Part shown: positions 28,017-39,924 of the stretch, piece after piece
Layout: each line of letters starts with the position of its first letter
Numbering within the stretch: the first letter of the stretch is position 1
Assembly (NCBI RefSeq): GCF_006345805.1
Contig: NW_021833083.1
Coordinates: forward strand, 19,811 to 83,810
Source: Octopus sinensis
Taxonomy: Eukaryota
Length of the DNA: 64,000 nucleotides
Direction: 5' to 3'
The notes under the pieces: generated by a model
Told to the model about the DNA's origin: nothing
Seen by the model: the letters and a program-made list of their open reading frames with translations, nothing else
Databases searched by the model: none
Translations under genes and position numbers: made by a program

Positions 28017-28362
28017 AGAACAAGAGTGGTGATATGCTCATGTTTATTCAATGATTTTTGAATAAACGTGTGAATAAACCTTTCGTTTTCTAGATATCGA
28101 GGCAAAACGAGATATTTCGAAAAATATTTCGATTTGTCTTCAAGGATGCATCTTCCGAATCATAAAGGAACAATTCAAGTTTTTATAGATATATATATGT
28201 CATTCTAAACACCGAAGTACACAAGTATAATAATATGTGCGTACTCTCTATATATGATATACTGCCTATGTATTTCGGTATATAGAATTTAAAATATAAC
28301 TAATGACTAAAACTTTATTGTTGCTTTACAAACACACACACACAAATATATATATGTGTGTG

Positions 28363-28394
<32 letters not shown>

Positions 28395-28603
28395 ACTGCG
28401 TGTGTATCGTTGGCGATTTTTTTTCCTCCGTCTTCCCTTCCTTGGATCTTTCCTTTTTCTATGTTTCTGACGAAGAGCTCCGCTCGAAACGATAAATACT
28501 CCTTCTTTCTTTCCTTCCCTGAGCGTCTAATAACACTATATTTGTTCCACGTCCACGCGTTGTTTTGTTTTCCCATTGTGTTTTCATATTTGGATTAACT
28601 ATT

Positions 28604-28605
<2 letters not shown>
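28395..28605 (+). mobile_element. Short interspersed repeat carrying a hammerhead-like core (probably Penelope-derived)
   Basis: About 200-bp unit between microsatellites containing CTGACGA...GAAA; element boundaries are approximate. Confidence 0.55.
28461..28499 (+). ncRNA. Minimal type I hammerhead ribozyme motif, probably inactive
   Basis: AUGUUU CUGACGA A GAGC ucc GCUC GAAA CG AU AAAUAC: core and 4-bp stem II present; U16.1 appears to be A. Confidence 0.55.
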
Positions 28606-28607
<2 letters not shown>

Positions 28608-28687
<80 letters not shown>

Positions 28688-28723
28688 ATATATATATATA
28701 TATTATATATATATATGTATATA

Positions 28724-28765
<42 letters not shown>

Positions 28766-28787
28766 AATATATATATATATATGTATA

Positions 28788-28829
<42 letters not shown>

Positions 28830-28917
28830 GTATATATATACATATGTATATATATATATGTGTGTATATATATACATATGTATATATACATACACACATA
28901 TATATATATATATATAT

Positions 28918-28949
<32 letters not shown>

Positions 28950-29050
28950 GTATATGTATATATGTATGCGTGTGTATGTGTTAGTGTGTGAATGTGCATG
29001 TATATATGTATATAGGTATACGCACAGAGACACACAAATATACATATATA
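28608..29050. repeat. Long interrupted (TA)n tract
   Basis: Seen directly. Confidence 0.97.
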
Positions 29051-30266
29051 CAGGGGTTGGACAAAATAATGGAAACACTTAGCATCATAGCATCATAATT
29101 TATGTATCTATAAAACCATCAAAAGCTTGTTTATTTTATATTTTTTATTTATTATTAGTGTTGCTTAATATGTTTTGCTAAAATTGCTGTTTATCTTAAG
29201 ATATTATCAGAAAAAAGGTAATTAACATTCATTAAAATGACAGATCTATCGGACTTTCAAAGAGACCAAATTGTTGGTGCTCGTATCGCAGGCGCTAGAG
29301 TAACGAAAACAACCGAAATGTTTGGTGTATCAAGAAGTACTGTCTGGAAAGTAATAACAGTTTTGAGAAAGAGGAAAAAACCTCCTCGTCGAAATAAAAC
29401 TCCGGAAGAAAACCAAAACTTTCAGAAAGGAACCGTTGGACTCTTATGCGAATTGTTAAAAAGGATCATAAAAGTACAGTTCCAAAAATTATTGCAGAGC
29501 TTAATGACAACCTCGAGAACCCAGTTTCCACAAAAACTGTTCGCTAGGAGCTGCACAAGGCCGGATTTCATGGGAGGGCTGCAATCAGAAAATCATTATT
29601 TTCAAAAAGAAACGTCGCAAAGCGTTTAGAGTGGATGGTCCCAAGAGCAGAGGAAGAATATTATTTTCTCGGACGAGTCATTCTTTACCTTATTTCCGAC
29701 CACTGGCCGAATATATGTGTGGAGCCAAAAGAAGCATTTGACCCAGACTGCCTTCTTCCAACTGTTAAACATATATCTTGGAAATCCGCCGGTCCAATGG
29801 TTTCCCTTCATGGCAGAATTAATAGTCAAGACTATTTCAGCAGATCATCTGATCAAATTCATGCTATGGTTGCGGAACAGTTTCTGGAGGGAAATGCAAT
29901 CTTTCAGGATGATAATACACCAATTCTCACAGCTAAAGTTGTTTCTGAATGGCACGAGGAACATTCTAGAGAAATTGAAGATCCTATCTGGCTACCACAG
30001 TCCTCAGATCTCAATATCATTGACCATTTATGGTGCATTTTAGAAAAAACAAGTAAGGAGTCGATATCCTCCACCATCATCACTACAAGAACTGGAGACT
30101 GTTTTAGCTGAAGAATGGACAAAAATTCCTTTGGAAACAATTCAAACTTTGTACGAGTCCATACCTCGTAGAATTCAAGCTGTAATTACTGCCAAAGGTG
30201 GTCTTGTCCCATAGAATAAATTTGTTTGAATTTTTAAGGTGTTTCCATTACTTTGTCCAACCTCTG
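29051..30266 (+). mobile_element. Tc1-like DNA transposon, about 1.2 kb
   Basis: TIR CAGGGGTTGGACAAAATAATGGAAACAC vs CAGAGGTTGGACAAAGTAATGGAAACAC (rc); TA flanks. Confidence 0.95.
29237..30214 (+). pseudogene. Frameshifted Tc1-like DDE transposase
   Basis: MTDLSDFQRDQIVGARIAG, FSDESF, FQDDNTPI, WLPQSSDLNIIDHLW and AVITAKGG across several frames. Confidence 0.92.
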
Positions 30267-32241
30267 TACTTATACATACAAATATTGAGTGAGTAATAAA
30301 ATATCGGTTAGCTTGGTTTAATGTACGATCTTAGTTCTCGTTTGGAACTATTTAAACGCTGTAGATAACCTTTGGTAAATTATATTTGTCACAACTCCCA
30401 ATTTTGTTTCTCCTATCGTAAAATTACTCCCTTGTTGCTGTTGCTGTTCATATGATGAAAATTCATTTAATATTCAGGTACTTATCACTCTTCCCACAAA
30501 CACGTCTTGGGTTGAAATAACATGATAAAAGACACTGTCCCAAGATACACGCAGTGGAATCGAACCCGACACTTCACAATTGAGAAGTAACACTCTTAAT
30601 CATTCGGCAGGCCTGCACCGAAACATAGAAACACACACACACACACGACACAAGACAAGGAATTTATTCATGGTTTATATAAGAGAAACGAAAAATAAAA
30701 AAGAGCAAGAATTATAATTTCAAGTTTAACTATAATTAAAAAAAAAATAATTTGAATTGCTTAAAGAATGTCTTCTTCCCCAACCCTTATGTAAAATGTC
30801 ACATCAGACTCAGAAGCACTAAATTAATGATGCTGATTAGGCGATCTACAATAAGTCAGAAACATTGATAAGAATATCTCTTCTGAATGCAAATGGAAAT
30901 AAATCGCATTATGCATTGAGATTTAACTTCAGTAATCGTTGTGTCACTATAGGCTAGAAACAGAGCAGGTGATACACTTGCATTTTATAAATGTTTTATA
31001 ATATAATGGGTTATCAAGCAACATAGTTTTAGGGACGTGTTAATAAGGAGAATAAATTTATAAATTCGAAGGAATTACCTAACATTTGCCCTGACGAGAA
31101 TTTCTGATACAAATATGATTTCGTAATTATAGCTGGTTGGAAGATGTATATATTTCAGTGTATACAGGAGAATATAATAGAAAGAAAGAAAAAAGAATTC
31201 AATTAATCAGTTTAATATGTAGAAAGCTTTTCACAATCTAAAAACTGGTCAAAATCAACAGAAATTTTAGGGAATTAATTTGCTCATTTCTTATCTCTCC
31301 GTTGAGTTTTCAGGAAAGTCGGCCATATTTCAGTCGCTCTAGGTAATCCATTTTCATCAATGACATAATAAATAGATTTTTATAAGAAATTTCCACTTTT
31401 ACAAGTTCAAGTTTAAATAAATGTCTTTGTATATTTACAACTCCCTACACTTCAAATCAATTTAATCATTCAAAATAAATAAAACGGATGCGTTGTCTTT
31501 CTCTTTCTCGGCATTCAACAGAGAAAAGATATTCAGTTCTCTATATCTCTCATGTAATTCTTTTTCTTTTTCTTCATCTATATTGAAGAAACAAATATTT
31601 TCTCTCTTACGTTCACTTAGTTTCTGTCAGTTGAAAGAGAAGTGAGAGAAGTGATGAAATATCGTCCCTTTTACTTTCTTCCTCACTTTAATATCTTCCA
31701 AGTATTGCTGATTCCAACCTTTACATATTCCTTCACCCATTTTTTCTCCTTCATATCTTTTAATTGTCTCATTTATTCTACGTCTAACAGACATATGAGC
31801 CAAAATACTTTGTTCATATCTTTTACTTTATTTTATTTTTAGTTTCAGTGGGTAAAAAAAAGAAGAGAGTAAGAACACAGAAAACAATATAAAATACACA
31901 TAAAATAAATATAAATATAAAAATAAATACGTCATAAAACGATAAAAGCAATGAAGACAAGATGGTCATTAATCTAGATTCTGCCTTCTTGATAGATTTG
32001 AGTCATTAGAGATTTCTACAAAACAGCAGATACACTCGGCAAGTGGTAAGATAACAGTAAGGAAAGCAAAGTAAAAGGTTCGGAAGAATAATGACAGTAA
32101 CAGCAGTAACAGCAGCAGCAGCAGCACCACCACGAGACAAAAAAGTAGCAGCAGCAGAGTAAACATAATAAAATGAAAAGCAATAGCAGCACCTGCAATT
32201 TGGCTCCGTTCCTACCTCAACACGGTGCCAGGCGTAAAAAA

Positions 32242-32840
32242 CAAAACTTTCTACGAATGGAACAAGCGATTCAGTTAAAAGAGGGATATACTGGGATATC
32301 AGATGTAGTTGAGAACTTGGAGGTACACAGTAAAAATTTCTCTTGAACCATGAAAATATTGGAACTAAATCAAATAATTCATCTACACTGCTGCACTACA
32401 CTTAACGTATACGACTATACTATACAATATATAGTGAGTGTGTAGAACAAAGCAACGAAGGTGCCTCTGCTTGGTCACTCGAACTTTCTAGAAATAACAA
32501 CCAAATCGTCTCTCTAGCCTCAACTACCGTCTTAAAAATAAGTTGTATTGGATAGTGTAGTATTCTATGCTCGAAAACCGATAGAATTTTCATGGCAGGG
32601 ATCCTTTGAAATTGGGTCAGTTCTATGAGAGATGATCTGGGGATAAGGAACAACAGCAATAACACCACCACCACCACCACCACCACTACCACCATAACCA
32701 CCACCACCACCACCTCCAACAACAACAACAACAACACTGATATATTGTGCTATACTCTAAGTTGCTAGATACTATAACTCATTAACGTTAGATCAAACTC
32801 ACCAAGAAAACTATGTATGCTGTGTTAATTATTGCAGAAA
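32242..32840 (+). repeat. Left arm of a long inverted repeat
   Basis: Reverse complement of 33986-34525 at high identity. Confidence 0.95.
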
Positions 32841-33109
32841 AGTTGTAAAAGCAAAACAAAATTGAAGAGGTAATTACTATTAAAACAGAAGTAAATAAAT
32901 CGAAGCCGTAAAATCCAGTTACTTGTACTTTATTTTATTGACCACGAAAGGATGAAAGGCAAAATTGGCCTCGAAATAAGTGAGTCAAAGAACTAACTTG
33001 TAAAAAAAAAACCGTGTGAGATATAAAAACAATGACTTCCACTATGTAAAATTCAAAGGGCCAAATGAAAAATAATAAACATATTCTAGATAAAATGGTT
33101 CACATCCAC

Positions 33110-33885
33110 CCTATAAACATTGCAAATTCTTACAATTTGATATTAAGGATTGCTACCCACCAAGAAGAAAATGCAGCAACTATTAAATGCTCTTAAATTT
33201 GAAAAAAACTGGTGACTAACATTGACGACTCTAAAAACGAAATAATCTTGCATATATCAGTAAGGGTATGCTCTATTATGATCAAATTATTCATATGAAA
33301 AGATACAACCTGCCAATCATTGCTAGCATGGTGCTAAATATTCAGCTGAGGTTAGTGATATTCAAATCCAAATTGGAGTCGGACTTTATAGATACGACGG
33401 CTTTCTTTCAATAAGGAACTTTAGACCTTCAGAGAAATTCTTGAAGAACTTTTATAAGACACAGGAATACAAATAACTACAGACACCAACCTTAGACGTC
33501 ACCTCGAGCATTAACAATCTCTTATTCTTCTTATCGTAAAACCAACTAGACACTACATTCAAATATATTCCAACCTCTCTACGAATATAATCAATAATTT
33601 AGTTAAGGATATTTCTCTGAGGTTATCTCCTCAAATAACAAATTTTTAATGATTCCACAAATTTCTCTCCAGTGAATTCAGAGATAAAATTGAGTATGTA
33701 AGATACATCAAGAAGACCAAAACTTCTAAGGAAAGTAACACAATGTGGTTCAATTCACTGTCTAATTTGGCTGTAATAACACTGGCTTTCGAAAAATTCT
33801 TCACTCTACTGAAGTAATATTTCCTCCCCATGACATCAGTATTATAAGATATTAAAAGAAAACTAAATCAAAATATATTCAACTG
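33110..33885 (+). pseudogene. Decayed Penelope-like element RT/linker remnant
   Basis: FLQFDIKDCYP (33127), LLNALKF, GLYRYDG (33381; GLYRDDG-like), IQITTDTNL and NTMWFNS, with many frameshifts. Confidence 0.75.
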
Positions 33886-33985
33886 CGCTTAATTTTGTAC
33901 AGATTTCAGCTACTTCCAGCGATTCTAAACTTAATTTTCTCCCACACAACTGTTAATCATCAGTTAATATCACCGAGGATTACAT

Positions 33986-34525
33986 TTCTGCCATAATTAA
34001 CACAGCATATGTAGTTTTCTTGTTGAGTTTGATCTAATGTTAATGAGTTATAGTATCTAGCAACTTAGTGTATAGCACAATATATCATAGTGTTGTTGTT
34101 GTTGTTGTGGTAGTGGTGGTGTTATTGCTGTTGTTGCTTATCCTCAGATCATCTCTCATAGAACTGACCTAATTTCAAAAGATCCCTGCCATGAAAATTC
34201 TGTTGGTTTTCGAGCATAGAATGCTGCACTATCCAATACAACTTATTTTTATGACGGTAGTTGAGGCTAGAGAGACGATTTGGTTGTTATTTCTAGAAAG
34301 GTCGAGTGACCAAGCAGATAACTACTACACACTCACTATATATTGTATAGTATAGTTGTATATGTTAAGTGTAGTGCAGCAGTGTAGATGAATTATTTGA
34401 TTTAGTTCCAATATTTTCATGGTTCAAGAGAATTTTTACTGTATACCTCTCAAGTTCTCAACTACATCTGATATCCCAGTATATCACTTTTAACTGAATC
34501 GCATGTTCCATTCGTAGAAGTTTTG
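33986..34525 (-). repeat. Right arm of a long inverted repeat
   Basis: Pairs with 32242-32840. Confidence 0.95.
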
Positions 34526-35940
34526 AACATCTTTCCCGTTGCATCTTTTCATTTAAGTGGTTACTGTCAGCACACTCAAACGTTCTGTAATCAGAATAAC
34601 TGTAATGACAGGTCATATTCTATTTTCATACGGTATATTAAGATAAGAGATATAGTTTACAACTTTAAATGGAAGATACTTCTCTTCGCCGAAAATTGAA
34701 ATAGTAATTACTTCATGATACATACCTTTAAAAACAGCTAAAACCTCTTTACTCCTTGTCAATAGAGACAGGTAGTCACTGCCTTATCTGTTAATATCTA
34801 CAATGTTCATATGTATGTATGTATGTATGTAAGTATGTATGTATGTTGTGTGTGTGTATCTATATGTTTAATATGCAATATTGTATTTCAATTCTAATTT
34901 TCCGGTTGTGTTTCTTTGCATATTATTTTCTTTTTTATTCATCCGAATGATTTACCTGCCTTTTGCTTCATTTTGTTTCCAAGCCACCTTTCTCTTCTTA
35001 TTCTTTTATCATTTGTCTTATTACAAAGCCAAATTCCTATACTTACATTAATCTCTACCAACACTCACCTACCAAACTCTAAATTTAACTTACTCCTAAC
35101 GATTGTGTCCAATCACATTTCCTTACATACAAAGGCCGTACATATATAACTAAATTAAAGCTACAATTTTTATAGTCAGAATCATTTCTATCACACTCCA
35201 TATCTAATACCTCAAGGTATCAACGGGAAGTTCACAATTTTAATTCAGATCACACCATTCTTATAGAACCTTATCTTTACTTTCACCTACAAATACTAGT
35301 TAGAAATCACATCCATACAATAATACTTTACATCTTAAATGCTAGAACTATATACTTTCTCTACACATTAAATCGATTACTTGATAACATATCATATTAC
35401 TGTAATTTGATAACATTACTAGCATATATTACTTGTGTTCACTATCATCTAAAACCACATTTCTTATCTACGTACAACATTATTTTCGTCCTGCCTATCT
35501 ACATCAGCTGCCCTAGTAAATCGTATTATTGTTCTATCCACTAAAATTAATATTATCTTCTAACCTACAGCAATACAAAACCCTTTATTTTATCAATGAC
35601 TTCTATAGTTATTTTTATCATACTTTATGTCATTTATCATAAGATTTTGTATTATTTTTCATACACCTTTTTATTATCTTTCATACGTTCTCTTTTTCTT
35701 AATTTCTCTCAATATAGCTGTTCCTTTTAGCTTAATTATATATGATGTAAAATATATTGTTTTCGTATCATAGCATACAATCAATGATAAAATTGTACCA
35801 TTTATTGCGTTTGGTTTGTCCACTTTATATCGTCTATCCTAAAATAAGAATTAAAGATGCAAAACTTGCATATATTTTCCTCATAACTCAGTAGTTTTAG
35901 TTTACCTAAACAGATACATAATTAGTTACCTCTATAATAT

Positions 35941-36143
35941 CCTTTCTACCATAGGCACAAGGCTTGAAATTTGGGGGAGTAGGATAGATGATTACTTCGA
36001 CCACAGTACTCAACTGGTATTCAATTTATCGACCCTGAAAGGTAAAGTCGACCTCGGCGGAATTTGAACTCAGAACGTAGCGACGGGCGGAATACCGCTA
36101 AGCATTTCGTCCCGCGTGCTAACAATTCTGCCAGCTCGGTGCC
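35941..36143 (-). mobile_element. Family B SINE (tail B) with 19-bp TSD
   Basis: TTAGTTACCTCTATAATAT at 35922-35940 and 36144-36162. Confidence 0.93.
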
Positions 36144-36184
36144 TTAGTTACCTCTATAATATATTGACATTATTAACCAACGGT

Positions 36185-36595
36185 ATGACAACGAGTAGGA
36201 AGAATCGCTAGCACACCGGGTAAAATGCTTAGTGGCATTTCGTCCGTTGCTACATTCTGAGTTCAAATTTCACCGAGGCCGACTTTGCCTTTAATCCTAC
36301 GCGGTCGATAAAATAAGTACCAGTTGAACACTGGAGTTGATGTGATCGGTTATATCTCCACACCATCCAAATTTCAGGCCTTGTACCTAGAATAGATAGG
36401 ATTGTTAACCAGCGGTTAACTGGCAAAATCGTTGCTTAACGGCATTTTTCTGAACTCAAATGAAGCCGACGCCAACTTTGCCTTTCACCTTTTCAAAGTC
36501 GATAAAAATAAAGTACTAGTCAGTTATTGGATTTAATGTGATCGATTGGTCCCATCACCTCAAAACTGCTAGCCTTGTGTCAAAATTATAAAGAA
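36185..36595 (+). mobile_element. Two older family B SINE copies
   Basis: Central block TTCTGAGTTCAAA...GTCGATAAAA...GTACCAG and GCCTTGT tails. Confidence 0.8.
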
Positions 36596-37207
36596 TTATT
36601 AATATTTTAGTAAACCTATTTCCCTTATATAATTTCGCTTGTCACTCCGTTACTTAGCTCGTCCGTAACGCTTCCATGTGATTAGTTGAAGGGGGAGGGA
36701 AGGGAGGAACGGGAGGGTTGGTGCGGGTTGGTGAGGGTGGAGAGTGGGTGGGAAGGGTGAAGGGAGGTGGTGAATGAAATGTGTAATATCTTTTTAACAA
36801 AGTTTTTTTTCTTCCGTTACTTCGCCTGTTTGTAACGCTTTCACGTGATTAGTTGAAGAGAAAGGTGAAGAGCGAAAGAAAAAGGAGAAAAAAGAGGGTA
36901 AGGCGAAGAGGGAAAGAAAAAGAGGGAGAGTGTTGTGTATTAAGTCTATAAAGTTGTGCATAAAGTATATAAAGTGTATATATAAAGTGCATTAAATAAT
37001 CATCTTATTCCAGTTTCCTTCACTTTTCAATAAGCAACTATTTTTTGATACAGACACAACACAGGTTAGGCCTTCAGATGTTTTGGTTAAAGTTTTCAGA
37101 AATAACCTAATAAGTTTACCATTAATTATGAAATATTCACAGATCCCGCTAGCAGATTATCATTATTACACCTATAATACTAGTGTTGCATCGATACAAT
37201 ATCTTAT

Positions 37208-37773
37208 TAAGACAGTGAGCTGGCAGAAACGTTAGCAAGACGGGCGAAATGCTTAACAGTATTTTGTCTGCCGATACGTTCTGAGTTCAAATTCCGTCGA
37301 GGTCGACTTTGCCTTTCATCCTTTCGGGGTCGATTAAATAAGTACCAGTTACACACTGGGGTCGATATAATCTACTTAATCCGTTTGTCTGTCCTTGTTT
37401 ATTCTCTCTGTGTTTAGCCCCTTGTGGGTAGTAAAGAAATAGGTATTTTGTCTGTCATTACGTTCTGAGTTCAAATTCCGCTGAGGTCGACTTTGCCTTC
37501 ATCCTTTCGGGGTCGATTAAATAAGTACCAGTTACACACTGGGGTCGATGTAATCGACTTAATCTGTTTGTCTGTCCTTGCTTGTCCTCTCTGTGGGTAG
37601 TAAAGAAATAGGTATTTTGTCTGTCATTACGTTCTGAGTGCAAATTCAACCGAGGTCAGCTTTGCCTTTCGTCCTTTCGTGGTCGATAAATTAAGTACCA
37701 GTTGCGTACTGGGGTTGATCTAATCGACTGACATCCACCCAAAAATTTCGGGCCTTGTGCCTAGAGTAGAAAG
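37208..37773 (+). mobile_element. Family B SINE trimer (tailA-tailA-tailB)
   Basis: Junction AGTAAAGAAATA|GGTATTTTGTCTG occurs twice; imperfect TSD GATACAATATCTTAT / GATACAATAGCTCAT. Confidence 0.9.
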
Positions 37774-38004
37774 GATACAATAGCTCATAACCTAAATCTC
37801 CAAGCTTCTATAATATTCTAATTTTAATTTCGGTATGAATATCCTATTTATCACATTTCCCATCATGATTTGAATCTCTAAAATTTGCTTAGAATAAGTC
37901 GATATTCTTATATCTCTTTGGTCTTACGAGAATAGTCAATAAGTTACAACTCTTATTTGCATTATCTAGTGCAGTTTTAACTGTTACTATATCTTTCACT
38001 ATAT

Positions 38005-38215
38005 CTTTTATCTTTTTATTTGTTTCAGTCATATAGACTGCAGCCGTGTTGGGGCTCCACCTTCAAAGGTTTCAGTCTAACAAATCGACTCCAGTACTTA
38101 TTTTTAAAGTTTGGTACTTATTCTTTCGACATCTTTTGCCGAACCGCTAATTTACGGGGACATAAAAAAAAAAAAAAACCAACACTGCTGTCGAGTGTAG
38201 GTGAGGAACAAATAC
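38005..38215 (-). mobile_element. Family A 3' module fragment
   Basis: TTGTTTCAGTCA...GCCGAACCGCTAA. Confidence 0.75.
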
Positions 38216-38517
38216 AATACAAAATAGAACAGCAGCACATAGATACGCTCGCGCGCGCATGCGCTTCGGTTGACGGACACACACGCGCACATGCACACAC
38301 ACACACACACAGAGAAGAATTAGCTGAACGTTAGGGCATTGGGTAGACTGTCTTGTAGTATTCATCCCAGTACTCTGATACCTGAATTTAAATATTGTCG
38401 TTGTCAATTTTGCCATTCATCTTTTCGGACTCGAAAGATACAGTACCAGTTTTCTGGTACTTCAAAACCTTTGAAGGTGGTGCCCCAGCATGGTTGCAGT
38501 CCAATGACTGATATTTA

Positions 38518-38635
<118 letters not shown>

Positions 38636-38650
38636 CCTACTTATCTATCT

Positions 38651-39277
38651 ATTGGAAGTTCTATTTTTATCATACTTGTGGCTATGGCGAAAGAATGTAT
38701 CTGGTGGACGCGTCTGAAAGGATTGGAGACAAACACTTTCCTCTCTGGTCAATCTCTCATCAACTTCTTCAAGTATCACTTGAAAAGGAAAGTGAGAGTA
38801 GAGAGGCAAGTTTTGTCTAGTGAATGTTTTAAAAAAAGATGGGTGAATGTAGCAAGGATGGCACGTACGAATGACGAAGTCACATTGACTATGATCCTAT
38901 GAACCGTAAAAATTAATACAGAGAGTTGCTTATTTGTAAAAAAATATAACATGTGACTTCATTGACCGAGGTAACCGTGGTCTTTTCCGTAGGCTTTTCT
39001 TTCCACGGGTAAACCTCACCTGTCTTCTCCTTTACACTTTATATTGACATTCCTGTGATAACGATCCCTATTGATCGATTTTTCTTTTTCCTTTTATTTT
39101 TAATTTTTTTATTTATAAAAAAAAAATTTATTTGTTTTTTGCTTTCCTCTTTCTTTCCATTTACGATCCCTTTTGATCGAAAACAAACCCACGTTTTTTT
39201 TTTATCTCCCAAAAGAAAAGCTCTACCTTGTAATTTGTCCCGTCTGTGTGCATCCCTGTGTGGCTAATAAAGAAACA
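38651..39277 (+). mobile_element. 5'-truncated Tx1/L1-clade LINE 3' end, second copy
   Basis: VAMAKECIWWTRLKGLE...FFKYHLKRKVRVERQVLS...FKKRW...TLTMIL* (stop at 38902); preceded by (TATC)n; 3' end CTAATAAAGAAACA. Confidence 0.75.
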
Positions 39278-39280
39278 TCT

Positions 39281-39697
39281 ACTCTTTTACTCTTTTACTT
39301 GTTTCAGTCATTTTGACTGCGGCCATGCTGGAGCACCGCCTTTAGTCGAGCAAATCGACCCCGGGACTTATTCTTTGTAAGCCCAGTACTTATTCTATCG
39401 GTCTCTTTTGCCGAACCGCTAAGTGACGGGGACGTAAACACACCAGCATCGGTTGTCAAGCAATGCTAGGGGGACAAACACAGACACACAAACATATACA
39501 CACACACTTATATATATATATATATACATATATACGACAGGCTTCTTTCAGTTTCCGTCTACCAAATCCACTCACAAGGCATTGGTCGGCCCGGGGCTAT
39601 AGCAGAAGACACTTGCTCAAGATGCCACACAGTGGGACTGAACCCGGAACCAGGTGGTTGGTTAGCAAGCTACTTACCACACGGCCACTCCTGCGCC
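39281..39697 (-). mobile_element. Family A composite SINE, full length
   Basis: Homologous to the 1281 copy. Confidence 0.92.
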
Positions 39698-39924
39698 TAT
39701 TGACAAGAAAACCACAAATAGAACTTCTTCGTGGTTATTCAAATTTCTACGAATGACAGCCGAACCCCGTTCAAATAACGCCCCAACATCTTAAAAGCGA
39801 AAAGAAACACTGCATCATGTAATCAATAACATAAAAAATGACTGTGGCTAAAGCACTTTTGATCCTTGATCTCCTCGATCAGAGCTGACTAGGGGTTAAA
39901 CAGCAATAGCATCTGCCTGTCTAG

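Noticed and set aside
33935-33965. CTGATGA...GAAA on the minus strand near the Penelope remnant
   Set aside because: No stem II adjacent to GAAA, and on the opposite strand to the RT.
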